Positions 24,203-35,904 of a stretch of DNA of 64,000 nucleotides are shown here, one piece after another. The notes under the pieces were generated by a model. That model was not told the DNA's origin. It searched no databases and worked only from the letters and a program-made list of their open reading frames with translations. Both the position numbers and the translations under genes were made by a program. The stretch is from assembly GCF_018350175.1 (NCBI RefSeq), contig NC_058373.1, positions 114,020,001 to 114,084,000 of the forward strand. Reading direction: 5' to 3'. Numbering within the stretch: position 1 is the stretch's first letter; every line of letters begins with the position of its first letter. Source of the stretch: Felis catus. Its lineage: Eukaryota.

Positions 24203-24834
24203 ACCCCTTTCCATCCCACAACCATATTACAGATGAGAAAATGGGCTAATTGGCTTCCTGTGGGGCTTTTCTGATTCTATCACATTTACCTTCTGCTTTA
24301 TTTTTCATTGCAGAGTTAACATTGATAAAAGACATAATGTAATTATCAATGGGATTGCGATGATGATTAACACAGCAATTCTACTTAGAAATGTCATAAA
24401 ATACAGAAACATCCTAAGATATAAAAAAGATGTATAATCATGTCCTTCTGGCAAAGAAGGTGAACCAGATGTGGAGATTATAGTCATGGAAGGAAAGCCA
24501 ATCATGATTTTGGCAACTAAAGTTATTTTACATATTTTCAGTTGGAAATCTACAGAACCTGGAGATTTGTTTTTCTTTGGTATCAATTTCTAGAAACCTA
24601 TCATATGACAAAGTTTCCCAACAATAGGGAGAGAACATTATTAAATTATGCTTTTCTAGACAGGCACAGATGACTCTGGATAAGAAATTGAATATTACAA
24701 CTTAATGAGGAAAGGAAAATGAGTGGGATATCTGGAAAATGGGGTGAGTTTTCTCCTCCAGAGAGGGAGGTGAATGGTCATTTTTTAAATACTTTCTAAA
24801 TGGCCGAAAGAAACACTGAAACAAGTGACTGGTC

Positions 24835-25022
24835 AAGGTGCTGGCTTCAAATCCTTGCTCTGCCACTTGCAGGGTGACCTTGGGCACTTACTCTCTCTGT
24901 AGCTCAGCCTCCTTCCTTAGAAAATTGGGATGGTAATGGCATCTCCCTCATAGAGATAATGTGTGTATGGTAATTGAGCCTCATGTCTGGAACATACTAA
25001 TTATTCCAAAATGTTACCTTAT
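24835..25022 (+). mobile_element. MIR remnant
   Basis: ttcaaatccttgctctgccacttgcagggtgaccttgggca...aaaattgggatggtaatgg. Confidence 0.8.
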
Positions 25023-26823
25023 AATTCTTTACTGTAACGTCTCATAACAAGCGATGTCTGAGACATGGGACACGTTATACCAAGTTGGTGGTCTTGATCA
25101 CCTTGTTGAATCTGGTCATTTTCAGCAAACCCATAGTTCTGTCCACTTTCTAGATAAACAGTGGCCTTCAAGGGAAAAGGAAATTGCTTTGCTTAAGAAC
25201 TCAGATTTCACAGATGTGTGCTGACCGCCTGCTGCCACCAAAACCAGTTCCCCCCAATTAAAATAGCATCAGCACATTTTGTTCATCAGTTCCCTCTCCT
25301 GCTATGAGGCTCCTGCCTAAAAATACTTGACTGGACTGCCAGGGATTGGGGCAGTCTTGTGAGGGAATACTTGAGGCAGTTAAAGCAATGTCGTCTCCAT
25401 TGCCTAAAATTCCCCCACACCTAGGCAATCCACACATGGTGGGGACCTTGCAGCTTGTGATCCAGAGGCCACTGTGGATTCCAGTCAAAAACGGAATTTT
25501 CCCCCTCTTCATGGCCCCAATTTGTTGTGAGCCTTATGTTTGGCATGACTGGCATGGAGGAGGGCGTGTGTCTGTGTGCACACCCCAGAAAGGGAGAAGT
25601 GCAGCAGTTTCTCCTAGCCTTGACACAGGAAGCCCAACTCCAGATGTCAAGGAAACACGAGCTGAACTAAAGGAACCTGACAGCCCAGCTGAATTTACCA
25701 TTGTGGGAAAAGACACCGAAAGTCCCTTTAGGTTCTTGTCTAAAACTCAGGGTGCTGAAGACCCAGGGATTGCCTCATCAAACTACTCACCATTCTGTTT
25801 CTTACCTCCCACCCCCTTCTCACAGCCTTCAGGGGCAACAAACATGTGTGACGCCATTCCATTCCCTCCCATGCATGAAAATATCCTGATTCCTATCATG
25901 ATCATGCTACTTCCCAAAGGGGTGCTTGAGATGGGGCGGGAAGAAAGCATAACAATAAATCTTCGCACTCCAGGCAAGGTGATAATTAAAAGCATTCTCC
26001 ACAGCAATGTGCTCTCTCTAATGCCGAAAGGGAGGCAGCTGGTCAGCAGAAAGTCCTAGCATGCCTGGGCTCGGGCTCCAGCTCTGCCTCAGACTAGGTG
26101 GGTTTCAGTAAAATCACTTCTTAGTCTATGAAAGGAGAATGGTGATTCTACTGAAGTTGTGGGATCGAGGGAAGCAGCGTATTAACGTACCTGAAGTTGA
26201 ATTTGTCAGATGCATTAATGTACTCTGGACTTTTCAGAGCACCTCAGGGCTCCTAGCTCCTGCCCCACTTGGTTCTCTCACTCCCTCACTTGCTTGCGCT
26301 CTGCTCCTGTTCTCACTGAAGAAACAAAGGGAAGCTCAAACTCTGAAAGCTGAGCTGTGTTTGGTGTCTGGAAGAAATGCAGGTCAAGGAGCCTGACAGG
26401 GGACTTTAAGGAGGGGCCCTGCCTGAGTGGGGACCTGGGCCCCATCACTAGCCCCGTCCTGTTTCATGCCACGGGCCCGTCAGCTGCCCCTCCTCCACTT
26501 TCTGAGTTAGGGTTTTGGGTTGCTCCCCTGACAACAACTCCAACCAGATGAGTTATGGCATTTCTAAACAGTTTACATCTCTTCTCCATTCCCCCTTGGG
26601 AAGTAGGGTGGGGAATAAAGTCAGCAGATAGGAGTCTTAAAAACTGGGCCAAAGGGCATTCACCAGACCGGTGTCTTCCGTTGATGAAAAGGATGTAGGG
26701 CTACATGACAAGATATGAGGTGGGGATTTTTTTTAATGCAAATGCATCTGTAACAGTACATGGAATGTCCGTGGGGTCTGAGAAGCCTATATCATTGCAA
26801 GCAAAATAGCAAATGCCTGATAC

Positions 26824-27010
26824 GTGATTTTTTCAAACTTTAACATAAATAAGATCATCTGGGAGAGACTTTTGAAAATGCAGACTCTTGGGAATCACCA
26901 CTCAGAGATTCTGTTTCCTTAGGTTTGGGATGGGGACAGGGCTTCTACATTTTAAAAAGTGGTTTACCTGGTTTAGGTTATTCTGATGTAGGGCATATGG
27001 AACAATGCCC
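26824..27010 (+). mobile_element. MER5-family DNA transposon
   Basis: gtgatttttcaaact...atcatctggga...gaaaatgcagactcttggg...cagagattctg...taggtttgggatgggg...ttattctgatg. Confidence 0.7.
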
Positions 27011-27105
27011 TAAAATTTCTCCAGAGATCCAGTCCTATGTCCTGATTTTATATCAGTGACCCAAGTCAACTCTTAGGGTAGGCCAACCTACATTTTCACA
27101 GTTGT

Positions 27106-27149
27106 ATTTTATTTATTTATTTATTTAAAAAAATTAATGTTTATTTATT

Positions 27150-27188
<39 letters not shown>

Positions 27189-27359
27189 GAGTGTAAGCAG
27201 GGGAGGGGCAGAAAGAGAAGGAGACTCCAAAGCAGGCTCCAGGCTCTAGGCTCTGAGCTGTCAGCATAGAGCCTGACAGGGGGCTCGAACCCACAGACCA
27301 CAAGATCATGACCTGAGCTAAAGTTGGATGCTTAACCGACTAAGCCACCCAGATGCCCC
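27106..27359 (-). mobile_element. CAN-SINE
   Basis: Inverted SINEC with a (GA)n tract; flanked by acagttgtatttt repeats (27098, 27362). Confidence 0.96.
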
Positions 27360-27370
27360 AAACAGTTGTA

Positions 27371-27640
27371 TTTTTTTAAAGTTTTTAATGTTTTGTTTAT
27401 TTTTGAGAGAGAGAAACCAAATATGAGTTGGTGGGGGGGTAGAAAGAGAGAGGGAGACACAGAATCCCAAGCAGGTCCCACACTCTGAGCCACCAGCACA
27501 GAGCCCGACGTGTGGCTTGAACTCGTGAACTGCAATCACTTCTCAGCCTTTTGGCTAAGATCAAGTGTGAACTTGTGAACCGCAAGATCATAACCTGAGC
27601 CGAAGTCAGACGCTTAACTGACTGAACCACCTAGGCGCCC
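27371..27640 (-). mobile_element. CAN-SINE interrupted by a U2 snRNA fragment
   Basis: Inverted SINEC; cagttgtatttt on both sides; extra ~50 nt in the tRNA-related region. Confidence 0.95.
27535..27568 (+). pseudogene. 3'-truncated (tailless) U2 snRNA retropseudogene, U2 nt 1-34
   Basis: ATCACTTCTCAGCCTTTTGGCTAAGATCAAGTGT versus U2 ATCGCTTCTCGGCCTTTTGGCTAAGATCAAGTGT: 32/34, both mismatches CpG>CpA; flanked by gaactcgtgaactgca / gaacttgtgaaccgca. Confidence 0.93.
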
Positions 27641-27654
27641 AGTTGTATTTTTTT

Positions 27655-28085
27655 TTAAGTGTAAGAGTTCAAACCTACAGAAAAGTTCCAAGGAAAGTAC
27701 AATAAACCCCCATAGATGCTTCACCTAGACTTCTAACATTTTGCCTGGTTTTTTAAATCTTTCTCATATTATTATTAGCAATTTATTTTTTATGATATGA
27801 ATTTATTGTTGTTAGCTTTGCAAAACCCTTTGAGAATAACTGTAGATATCATGACCCTTCATCTCCAAATACTACAGCATTTATCTCGGAAGAAGAAGAG
27901 CTTCTCTTACATAACCACACTACAATGATCTCACCCAGGAAATTAGAACTAATATAATACTATTATATAATATACCAGTCATAGTCAAACTTTGTCAGGT
28001 GTCCCAATTATGGCCTTTATGGCATTTTTTTTTTTTCTGATCCAAGATCCAGTCCAGGATTAGACGTTAAGTTGAAATGTCTTTT
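27655..28085 (-). mobile_element. Old L1 3' UTR fragment (L1MC4/L1MC5-like)
   Basis: aaacctacagaaaagtt...agtacaataaac...ttcacctaga; ctcttacataaccacactacaat...ccaggaaatt; tccaagatccagtccaggat are characteristic of inverted L1MC-type ends. Confidence 0.7.
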
Positions 28086-29035
28086 TGTGTTAATGATTTT
28101 TTAAGCCACTGATGTTTTCACAGAAATATTTTTCTCCAAGAACCTATTTTCTGATAAACAACAGCATTTCTTTTTCCCTTTGTCCTTATTGATTGCAAAA
28201 AGCCAGTGGTACAGTGCCAGCCTGAGCAACAGCAGACTTACCTGGGCCCAATTCTGTATCAGTTAAGGCCTTGGGAAAGGACCCTATCTCCTGGTCCTGG
28301 GTTTGCCTTGTGAGCTGATTTCCCAAAGGCAAACCCCATGACTATTAGTGTGTCCCCTTCGCTCTTCAGTCAGGTACGTTGTCACCTGGCTTACTCGTAG
28401 TCCAGACTAGTTCCCTGGATTTGTAAAGTGACCATATATTACTTCACCATAGTTTAATCTCCCCAGGAAGAGTGACTGATAAAGGATATGACACTTTTTG
28501 CCCTTCCTAGATTTTTCCAAAGGCAGTTGGCTGAATGCATACCTCTGAGGGTAATTCCCTACCCCCTCCCAGCAGCCAGTACTATAAATAATTTGAAATC
28601 AGAATAAGTGACTATAGTTCTGTTGCAGCCAGAAAAAAAAAGTGACCTGAAAAAAATATCAAACAGTGAAAAAATGAATGACCATGCATGATACCAAGAC
28701 TTACTAGAATCCAGCTCTGGCACCCTCCTGCTGGCTCAGATTCTACGATGAGTAGAAAAGCAAAGGTCCTACTAAGATGGCCGATTCACATGATTTGAAG
28801 AATTCTCTTATCTACAGTAAGCATCTAGAGAACATTGCTATGGAAGAAAACCCATTTCACCTAAGCATCTTCCTGGTGGATGTTCAGTTAAGCGTAAATT
28901 CAGAAAGAAAATGCCTCAGATTTTCATGTATGGCTGGGTTTTTGCTTTCTTTGTTTTATTTGCTAGTATTCACTTAAGAATAGTATGAATTTTTCTTTAG
29001 TGAATGAGTTTATTTTTAATAAAAGAGTTCTTTTC

Positions 29036-29266
29036 GGGGGTGCCTGCGTGGCTCAGTTGGTTAAGCATCCGACTTCAGCTCAGGTTATGATCTCATGGTT
29101 CATGGGTTCAAGCCCCATGTTGGGCTCTGTGCTGACAGCTCGGAGCCTGGAGCTTGCTTCAGATTCTGTGTCTTTCTCTGTCCCTCCCCTGCTCATGCTC
29201 TGTCACTCTCTCTGTCTGTCTCTCAAAAAAGAAATAAATATTTTTTAAAAAATTAATAAAAAAAAT
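29036..29266 (+). mobile_element. CAN-SINE (SINEC_Fc type)
   Basis: Perfect 14-bp TSD aaagagttcttttc (29022-29035 and 29267-29280). Confidence 0.98.
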
Positions 29267-29649
29267 AAAGAGTTCTTTTCAAAGGGTCAGGAGACCTAGC
29301 TACAGGTCCCCATTCAGGATTCCCCCCGCCCCCAACACATACACTTAAATAGGAGGTAGCAGGAAGAAAGCTATATTGGAGAAAGGGTTCAGGGGCATGG
29401 CCTCCTGGGGTATGTTGGAACCTGAGCTGGGTCAGAGGAGATTAATTCTTTCTATGCAGACACCCTCGTTCTGTTCTTCTCGTGCCTGTTATTGTTGTCA
29501 TAGCTGTCTTTGAGGACTTTCATGATTGCCACCGCAAACATAGCAGAAAAATCCTGTGCAATATCCCTATAGAACTTTTGGTTGGTAAATTAGATGAGTT
29601 CTAGACTGACCATTTTCTTGAAGGGTGAGTACCCTCAGCCTGTTCTAGA

Positions 29650-29777
29650 GATTTCCTACACGCATCCTGGTTTGCCCAGAACAGTCCTGACTTTGTTATC
29701 CCCGTATAGTTATTAAAATGTCCCCATTTCATTTTCAGAAGTGTCCTGTTTGGATGATAACTTACATAACCATACTA
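29650..29777 (+). mobile_element. MER94-like (hAT-Blackjack)
   Basis: catcctggtttgcccagaacagtcctg...ttattaa...ttcattttcagaagtgtcctgtttggatgataacttacat. Confidence 0.7.
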
Positions 29778-31317
29778 AGACTCTGGGAAACTCCAAGTTT
29801 GTTCTCCCCACACAAAGCCAATGGAGTTGTTTGAGTGGTTTGTGCTAGTGCATACCAGTCTTTATCCTGGTGATTAGCTAACTCTGTTTCTTCCTTCTGC
29901 AATGGAGGATTAACCCATCCCTAACCCTTGCATTCCAAAGGTTCTGATTGCCCCACCTTTTCTGGTCTTCTTCACATTTCTAACCTTCCTTACTAACGAG
30001 TTTTATCAGAAAGTGGATCCTAAGTGTATTGTGCAAGTAAAGACTCTGGACTGCATTCACATCTAGCCAAGAGACATCAGAGATGACATTTTCTGCTTTA
30101 CTGAAGTGAAGCAGCCTTATTCTATACCACGCCAAATGCCTTCCTCAGTGCACAGATGATATTGAGGCAGTTATTGTGTGGTTTTATGCCTCAGATCCTT
30201 TATTTGTAAATCTGAAAGAAGACTAATAGCTTTAAAGTATTTTGAGAATCTCAAAGCTCAGAAGATTATAAATAACAAAAGATATTTTTTTCTCATCTAA
30301 AATGGCAGCACAGATACTGCGGTTACTTACTTAATAGATAGCGTGTGTTCCCTGGGCCATTTGCAGCTCATGGGTTTTTTCCAGTGCTCTATTTATAGAG
30401 TTAGGTCAGAAATATCACTTCCGTTGGAACTTGACCTACAGACCATTGTCAATTTTAAAGACCTGAGGAAGTAGAGTGCACACTAAATACAGCTGGTTCA
30501 CAGGTTCAGTTAATGAACCACAAACCCCCAAGGAAATTAATTTTGCTGGAGGATAGATGTCTGAGCCTGTCCCAGTCTCTTTTATATGATACCTTTGCAC
30601 TGTGGCCTCCTGGAGCTCGTAGGTCATCTTGAATCCTTATTTCAGAAATAGCCTATCCTAGGCAGTCTTCTTCCCTTTTATACCCCATTCATCCTCTTCA
30701 ACATTGCTTGCTGAAATTATGGCTTTCTGCATCAAATAAAACAGGAGCTGATGATCCACTAACAGAGGTAACTTAGGCTACTCTGAGAAATTTAGGAAAA
30801 AGCAGATCTAAATATTTCCCTACTTCATCTTTCTATTGGGGCTAACCAAGATTCTCAGTCACTTCCCCAGTTCAAATGAATGACCCAACAGAAAAATATA
30901 TGCTGTAGTTCAGCAACTTCCATGGGCTTGGTTTTAAACAGGAGAAACTGAATTTAATGGATGATAATCCCCTTTTAATCCCTACTCTCTCACTCAGACT
31001 CCCATCTTTAAGCTTTGTTATTATGAAGTCGTGTTTGCTGGGACTTGGCCACTGGCCATCACATGTTTACCCATCATAAGGTTTTAGAAGGTAAGATAGA
31101 CTAAGAAAACCCCTAGTCTGGAGGGAAATCTACTCTGAGAAAAAGGACCACATGTCTGTAAAACTCTCTTCAGGCTTAAATAGGTACTAGGTAGGGTACA
31201 GCCATTCAAAGATAGCCCATGGAGTAGAACATTTTCAAACTTTCTGGAAAAAGTGAAGTCCAGAATGAGGAACTAATTTCTTGTCATCAAAATGCCATAG
31301 ATTCAAAGTTCTTAGTA

Positions 31318-31402
31318 TAGGCAGGAACTTTTGAGCTAATTTCCAACAACCCCTTGTTATGGGTGAGAAAACTGAGGCTCAGAGAGTTGAAGTGACTGCT
31401 CA
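31318..31402 (-). mobile_element. MIR remnant
   Basis: gtgagaaaactgaggctcagagagttgaagtgact. Confidence 0.7.
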
Positions 31403-31656
31403 TTACCAAGGTCTACCCTGATGTTCTTTGTTACATCACTCTCCTGCTCCCACCTGGTCTCATTAAAAGCCCACAGCTAATTCAGAAATAGAACTGCAGG
31501 GTCCTGCCTTGTAGCCAGCAGCTGACCATATGTTGTCATGCATTATACAGAACATGCTTTAGGATGTGAGGACAAAGATAAGAAAGAGACTGTTAATTCC
31601 GATGCTAACATGCCATCTCTTTCCTGAACTTATTTCAGTTCTGAAAAGATTTATAA

Positions 31657-31683
31657 GTTTGTTTGTTTGTTTGTTTGTTTGTT

Positions 31684-31721
<38 letters not shown>

Positions 31722-31773
31722 TTCTTTCTTCCTTTCTCTTTCTTTCTTTCTTTCTTTCTTTCCTCCTCTTTCT
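31657..31773. repeat. Compound tetranucleotide (GTTT)7-(CTTT)n
   Basis: Directly visible; the distal part is degenerate. Confidence 0.95.
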
Positions 31774-33591
31774 AGTCTCAATAAGTTGCCTTTTATCTAA
31801 AGGGACAGGAGGGACCAATGTTCAGAATATCCAGCCCTCTTACGCCCTGAATTTTTCCTTCCCCCTGTTCTGGAATCCGTGCTTTGTTAATACTTGTAAT
31901 ATTTTTAACATGGAAAAGTCTATTCTTTTAAAGTTGATCCTTTTGCTACAGGACAGACACTTTTATGATATGTACTGGAGATTCAGTTGACCTCCCAGAA
32001 ATGCTTAGCACAGGAGTCATAAATTGAAATGTTTTCAGAGAAGGAGCTTCCTCATTGAAGGCCCCCAACAGGCCTCTTCTACATACTGACACCGGTTGGT
32101 ACCAGAGGCCCATTACCTTTTTGGAAATCAAGGCTACATAGCAACCTGATTATCCTCCTCCAGGCTGATTGCACAAGGACTATGCCCTGTGTGCAGAACA
32201 GAGACAGCCCCTGGCCTTGTGAGAAATGTATCTTCATAACCAACTCCCCCTCCAAAGGAGTGGGGAACTGGATCCAAAAGATAGTGTTCATGAAGGATAT
32301 TCCAGAATCCAAGTCCTGTCGTTTTAACCATTTCATTCCTGAGCTTTCCTAGCTTGCCTCATTATTAGAAAAATTAAAAAATGTATAAGATGATAATTAA
32401 GCTTTCTTTCTCCCTAGAATTTCATCATCAGGGTTTGATCATCATTGTTCCTGTCATTTATACATATCAAATATCTTCATCTAAGAGTCACCAAGAACCT
32501 TTGGTTGCCTGGAGGCAGGAATTATTATTCACATTTTGCAGATGGGTAGGCAGTCACAGAGAAAGAAAACATGCTTTGACTTACCTAAAAGAGTCTCAGA
32601 GAGTGGATAACAAATGTTCCCACAGTCTGTTTTAGAGAGACCTGACTTCACTGTAAACAGATTTTCTCCATGTAGCTTACTCGAATACTTCTACAAGCTC
32701 AATCCTGTGATGCTGAAAAAATCCCCAATAATGAAAATATTTTCAAAACCTAGTTCACTTATTTGAGTTTTCTATTTGTATTGAAACCAACCAAATTCCA
32801 GTACAATGAAATCATACTGCCTTGGCAGGTCTAAATGTCAGAGTCATCAAAAAGGAGAGAGGGAAAGAGCGCCCTAATTTTTAGAACTTCCGCTTAAAGT
32901 GAGCATAGAAAAGATTCACTTATCTATTTCCTGACCAATTAGGTCATTGGGCAGGAAATCACCTTTTTTGAAAGGCCAATAAGCAGATGCCTTCTACCTT
33001 TAATTTCCCATAAACAGCATTAATGATTATTTATGCCAGCCCTCTCATAGAAATGTTTGAAAGTCCAAAGACATGAGGCCACTGAATTTTCTAGATGAAA
33101 ATAAAGTTACAAATTTATAGTAACTGACAGTGTCCCACCTCCCTTTCTCCCACTTCTGTCTCAAATAATCCTAGCACCTGTAACCACCCTTCAGTCATTT
33201 TCCCATATTTGAGGTCCTATTAAGTGAAATAACTTTACAACGCCGACCAGATTTTTAAGCCTCCAACCAGAAAGGGTCAGTTTCAGACTACCTGATTTAC
33301 ATGAATCAGGTGCTGGGCCAGTTGATGGAGGTCAAATAACTTGCCAAGCCAGGGCATGCATGATCTTTCTGGAAACACCTTGCCCTGGGTTACCACTGAA
33401 CATCAGAACAGAGGAAGCTGATTGTGGAGTCTGAGTGACACACAGATTCAGATGAGTGATGGAATGCTCACACTACGCCTCCATCAGTGTCTTCCTAGAG
33501 ATGGGCCTTCAGGCTCTCCAAGCCCTTCCCAAGGCCCACCGGGCTGGCAGAGTTGCAGGCTAATTGACATAATGCCTGGAGAAGGCCGATT

Positions 33592-33760
33592 AGGGTAGCA
33601 GTGAAGATAGTCTGCCTGGTTTGTGCCCCAGCTCTGTCATTAACCAACCACGTGACCTTGGGAGCATTACTTAATCTCTCACAGCCTTAGTTGGTCAATA
33701 GGGGTGATGATATTACCTACCTCATAGGTGGTTGTGGGATCAAGAGAGATGTAACTAAGA
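33592..33760 (+). mobile_element. MIR remnant
   Basis: ctgcctggtttgtgccccagctctgtca...gtgaccttggg...ttacttaatctctc...tacctacctcataggtggttgtg. Confidence 0.8.
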
Positions 33761-34098
33761 TATGAAGCTCAAACAAGATGTAAGCTCTCCTCACATATAG
33801 GGCTCACCTAGTGCTCCCTTATAGTACTTTAAAAATATTGTCTTTTCTTATTATTAACTTTCAAGGCCTTCTGTGATTGCTCTTGTGGTGGCGTAATGTT
33901 TGTAAGCACTCCTGAATCTTTTAGATCTTTTCAAGCCACTCAGTCAGGGTTTCCATTAGGAACTTTTCCGTGGTCATTTGCACTTGTTGCCTTTAGTTGG
34001 GACTTGAGCTTACCTGTCCAGAAAGCAGCCAGTGTATGGAAAGTATATCGATACTTTCTTATACTGTTTTCATTAGCTTAGGGGCATGGCATTCTTTA

Positions 34099-34324
34099 TT
34101 TTTTTTTTTTATTTTTTTTTTCAACGTTTATTTATTTTTGGGACAGAGAGAGACAGAGCATGAACGGGGGAGGGGCAGAAAGAGAGGGAGACACAGAATC
34201 GGAAACAGGCTCCAGGCTCTGAGCCATCAGCCCAGAGCCCGACGCGGGGCTCGAACTCACGGACCGCGAGATCGTGACCTGGCTGAAGTCGGACGCTTAA
34301 CCGACTGCGCCACCCAGGCGCCCC
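34099..34324 (-). mobile_element. Very young CAN-SINE (SINEC_Fc)
   Basis: CpGs intact, long T-rich tail, young-subfamily characters (tgcgccacc, acctggctgaag, tcggaaacagg, tttgggacag). Confidence 0.98.
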
Positions 34325-34326
34325 CC

Positions 34327-34544
34327 TTTATTTTATTTTTTTAACATTTATTTATTTTTGAGAGACAGATAGAGACAGAGCATGAGCAGGGGAGGAATGG
34401 AGAGAGAGAGGGAGGCACAGAATCCAAAGCAGGCTCCAGGCTTGAGCTGTCGGCACAGAGCCCAATGCGGAGCTCGAACTCACGGACCGCGAGATCATGA
34501 CCTGAGCTCAAGTCGGATGCTTAACTGAGCCACCCAGGCGCCCC
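34327..34544 (-). mobile_element. CAN-SINE (SINEC_Fc type)
   Basis: Perfect outer TSD catggcattcttta (34085-34098 and 34545-34558) encloses both copies. Confidence 0.98.
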
Positions 34545-34894
34545 CATGGCATTCTTTAAATAGTCACCACTGGCCAAATGTGGCTCTGAGCCCTGAAAAC
34601 ATCTTCCAGAACCTGCGATCATTTTATTACTGAAAAAAAAATTTTTTTGAGTGCTTAACTAATTAACAACTCCTAATTTTTCACATGTAGCTTTCTCGTG
34701 GCAAACTTGGAAGTTCAGCCTTACTTCATCCTATCACTTAGCAGGCACGTACGCAAAAAGCTTCTACAGTTTGCTTGAAAAATGCAAAAATGCCATTAAG
34801 TTTAGCTTAAGCAAGATAAAATTAAGAATGTAAATCTGCTGCTAAACTGAATATATAGTAACATGGTTCCAAGTTTAGTAGGAATAACTTATTG

Positions 34895-35680
34895 ACTATT
34901 GAATCAGTATTTATTATCTTCCATGTGTCAGTGACACAGAATGAGGCATAAGTTAAGTGATTCAGGCATGCTAGCATGAATCAGACATGGATTTGGGCCT
35001 CTTAAAGTATGTATTAGGAGTGATAAGAGAAGCACACCGCAAGTAATATACCACAGGATAGAAAGAGATGGCATAGCGTGAGAGAGTGAAATAAAGTATT
35101 ACAGGAGTTTAGAGGAGGAAGACGTTACGTCTGTGATGACCAAGGAAGTGGCACGCAGGAAGTAGTATCAAAGACAACATGTGGACTCAGAGGCATTTCA
35201 GGTGTGGAGGGGACATGGAGAAGAAGTGATTGAATTGGAACAAAGTCTCTTTGAAGTGGAATGGAGGGAAGTGGTGTGGAAAGACAGATCAGGCACAGGC
35301 TGGAAGAGCTTTGAATGCCAATCTGGGGAATGTAGAACTCTTTGGAGGCACTTGGGAGCCATTGAAAGTTTTTGAGCATGCTGAGAAGCAGCAGGGAAGT
35401 GTGCTTAGATGTGACTTGGGGAGGTTAATCAGGCAGAAGAGAGGATGGGCTTTGAGGAACTGACAGCAGTATGGACATCAGTTAGAAAGCTCTAGGAGCC
35501 ACCCTCAGGTGAGAGCTAATGTGGACCTGATCTAAGGTTGGAGTAGGAGGAATGGAGGATAGGGAATGGATATAGGTGAGATTTTACAGCTAAATCAATA
35601 GGACATCACAATTTATTGGAACTGAGAAGCATGGGAGAAGGAGAAATTTAAAAATGGAACTGAGGTTCTGAACCAGATTA
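34895..35680 (-). mobile_element. L2 LINE remnant
   Basis: Purine-rich run with L2 hallmarks: cagtatttatta, ctttgaatgccaatctggggaatgtagaact, tgggagccattgaaagtttttgagc, ggacctgatctaagg, atcaataggacat. Confidence 0.75.
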
Positions 35681-35904
35681 ACTAGAAGGCCAAAGAAAGA
35701 GGGAAGAATAAGTTATAATGGAAAAAGTGAGCTTGATTTGAAGATGCTGAATTAATAGTGCTGCTATTCATTATGTCAGGCTTGTAGTTCTTGTTAAAAA
35801 TGGAGGACAGGTGCTGAAGCCGGTCACAGATTGAGACAAAGGCTACAAAATCATCCACATTGGGGTCACACATCCTTGTCAACAGTGAGGACATCCATAT
35901 GGAG

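Noticed and set aside
25346..26059. Longest ORF (237 aa)
   Set aside because: Starts at a non-ATG codon, has no recognisable domain and no convincing splice boundaries; consistent with a chance ORF
27535..27568. Functional U2 snRNA gene
   Set aside because: Only the first 34 nt are present, with no Sm site or snRNA promoter, and it is flanked by a TSD
33290..33311. Inverted repeat acctgatt/aatcaggt
   Set aside because: An 8-bp stem is expected by chance in 64 kb
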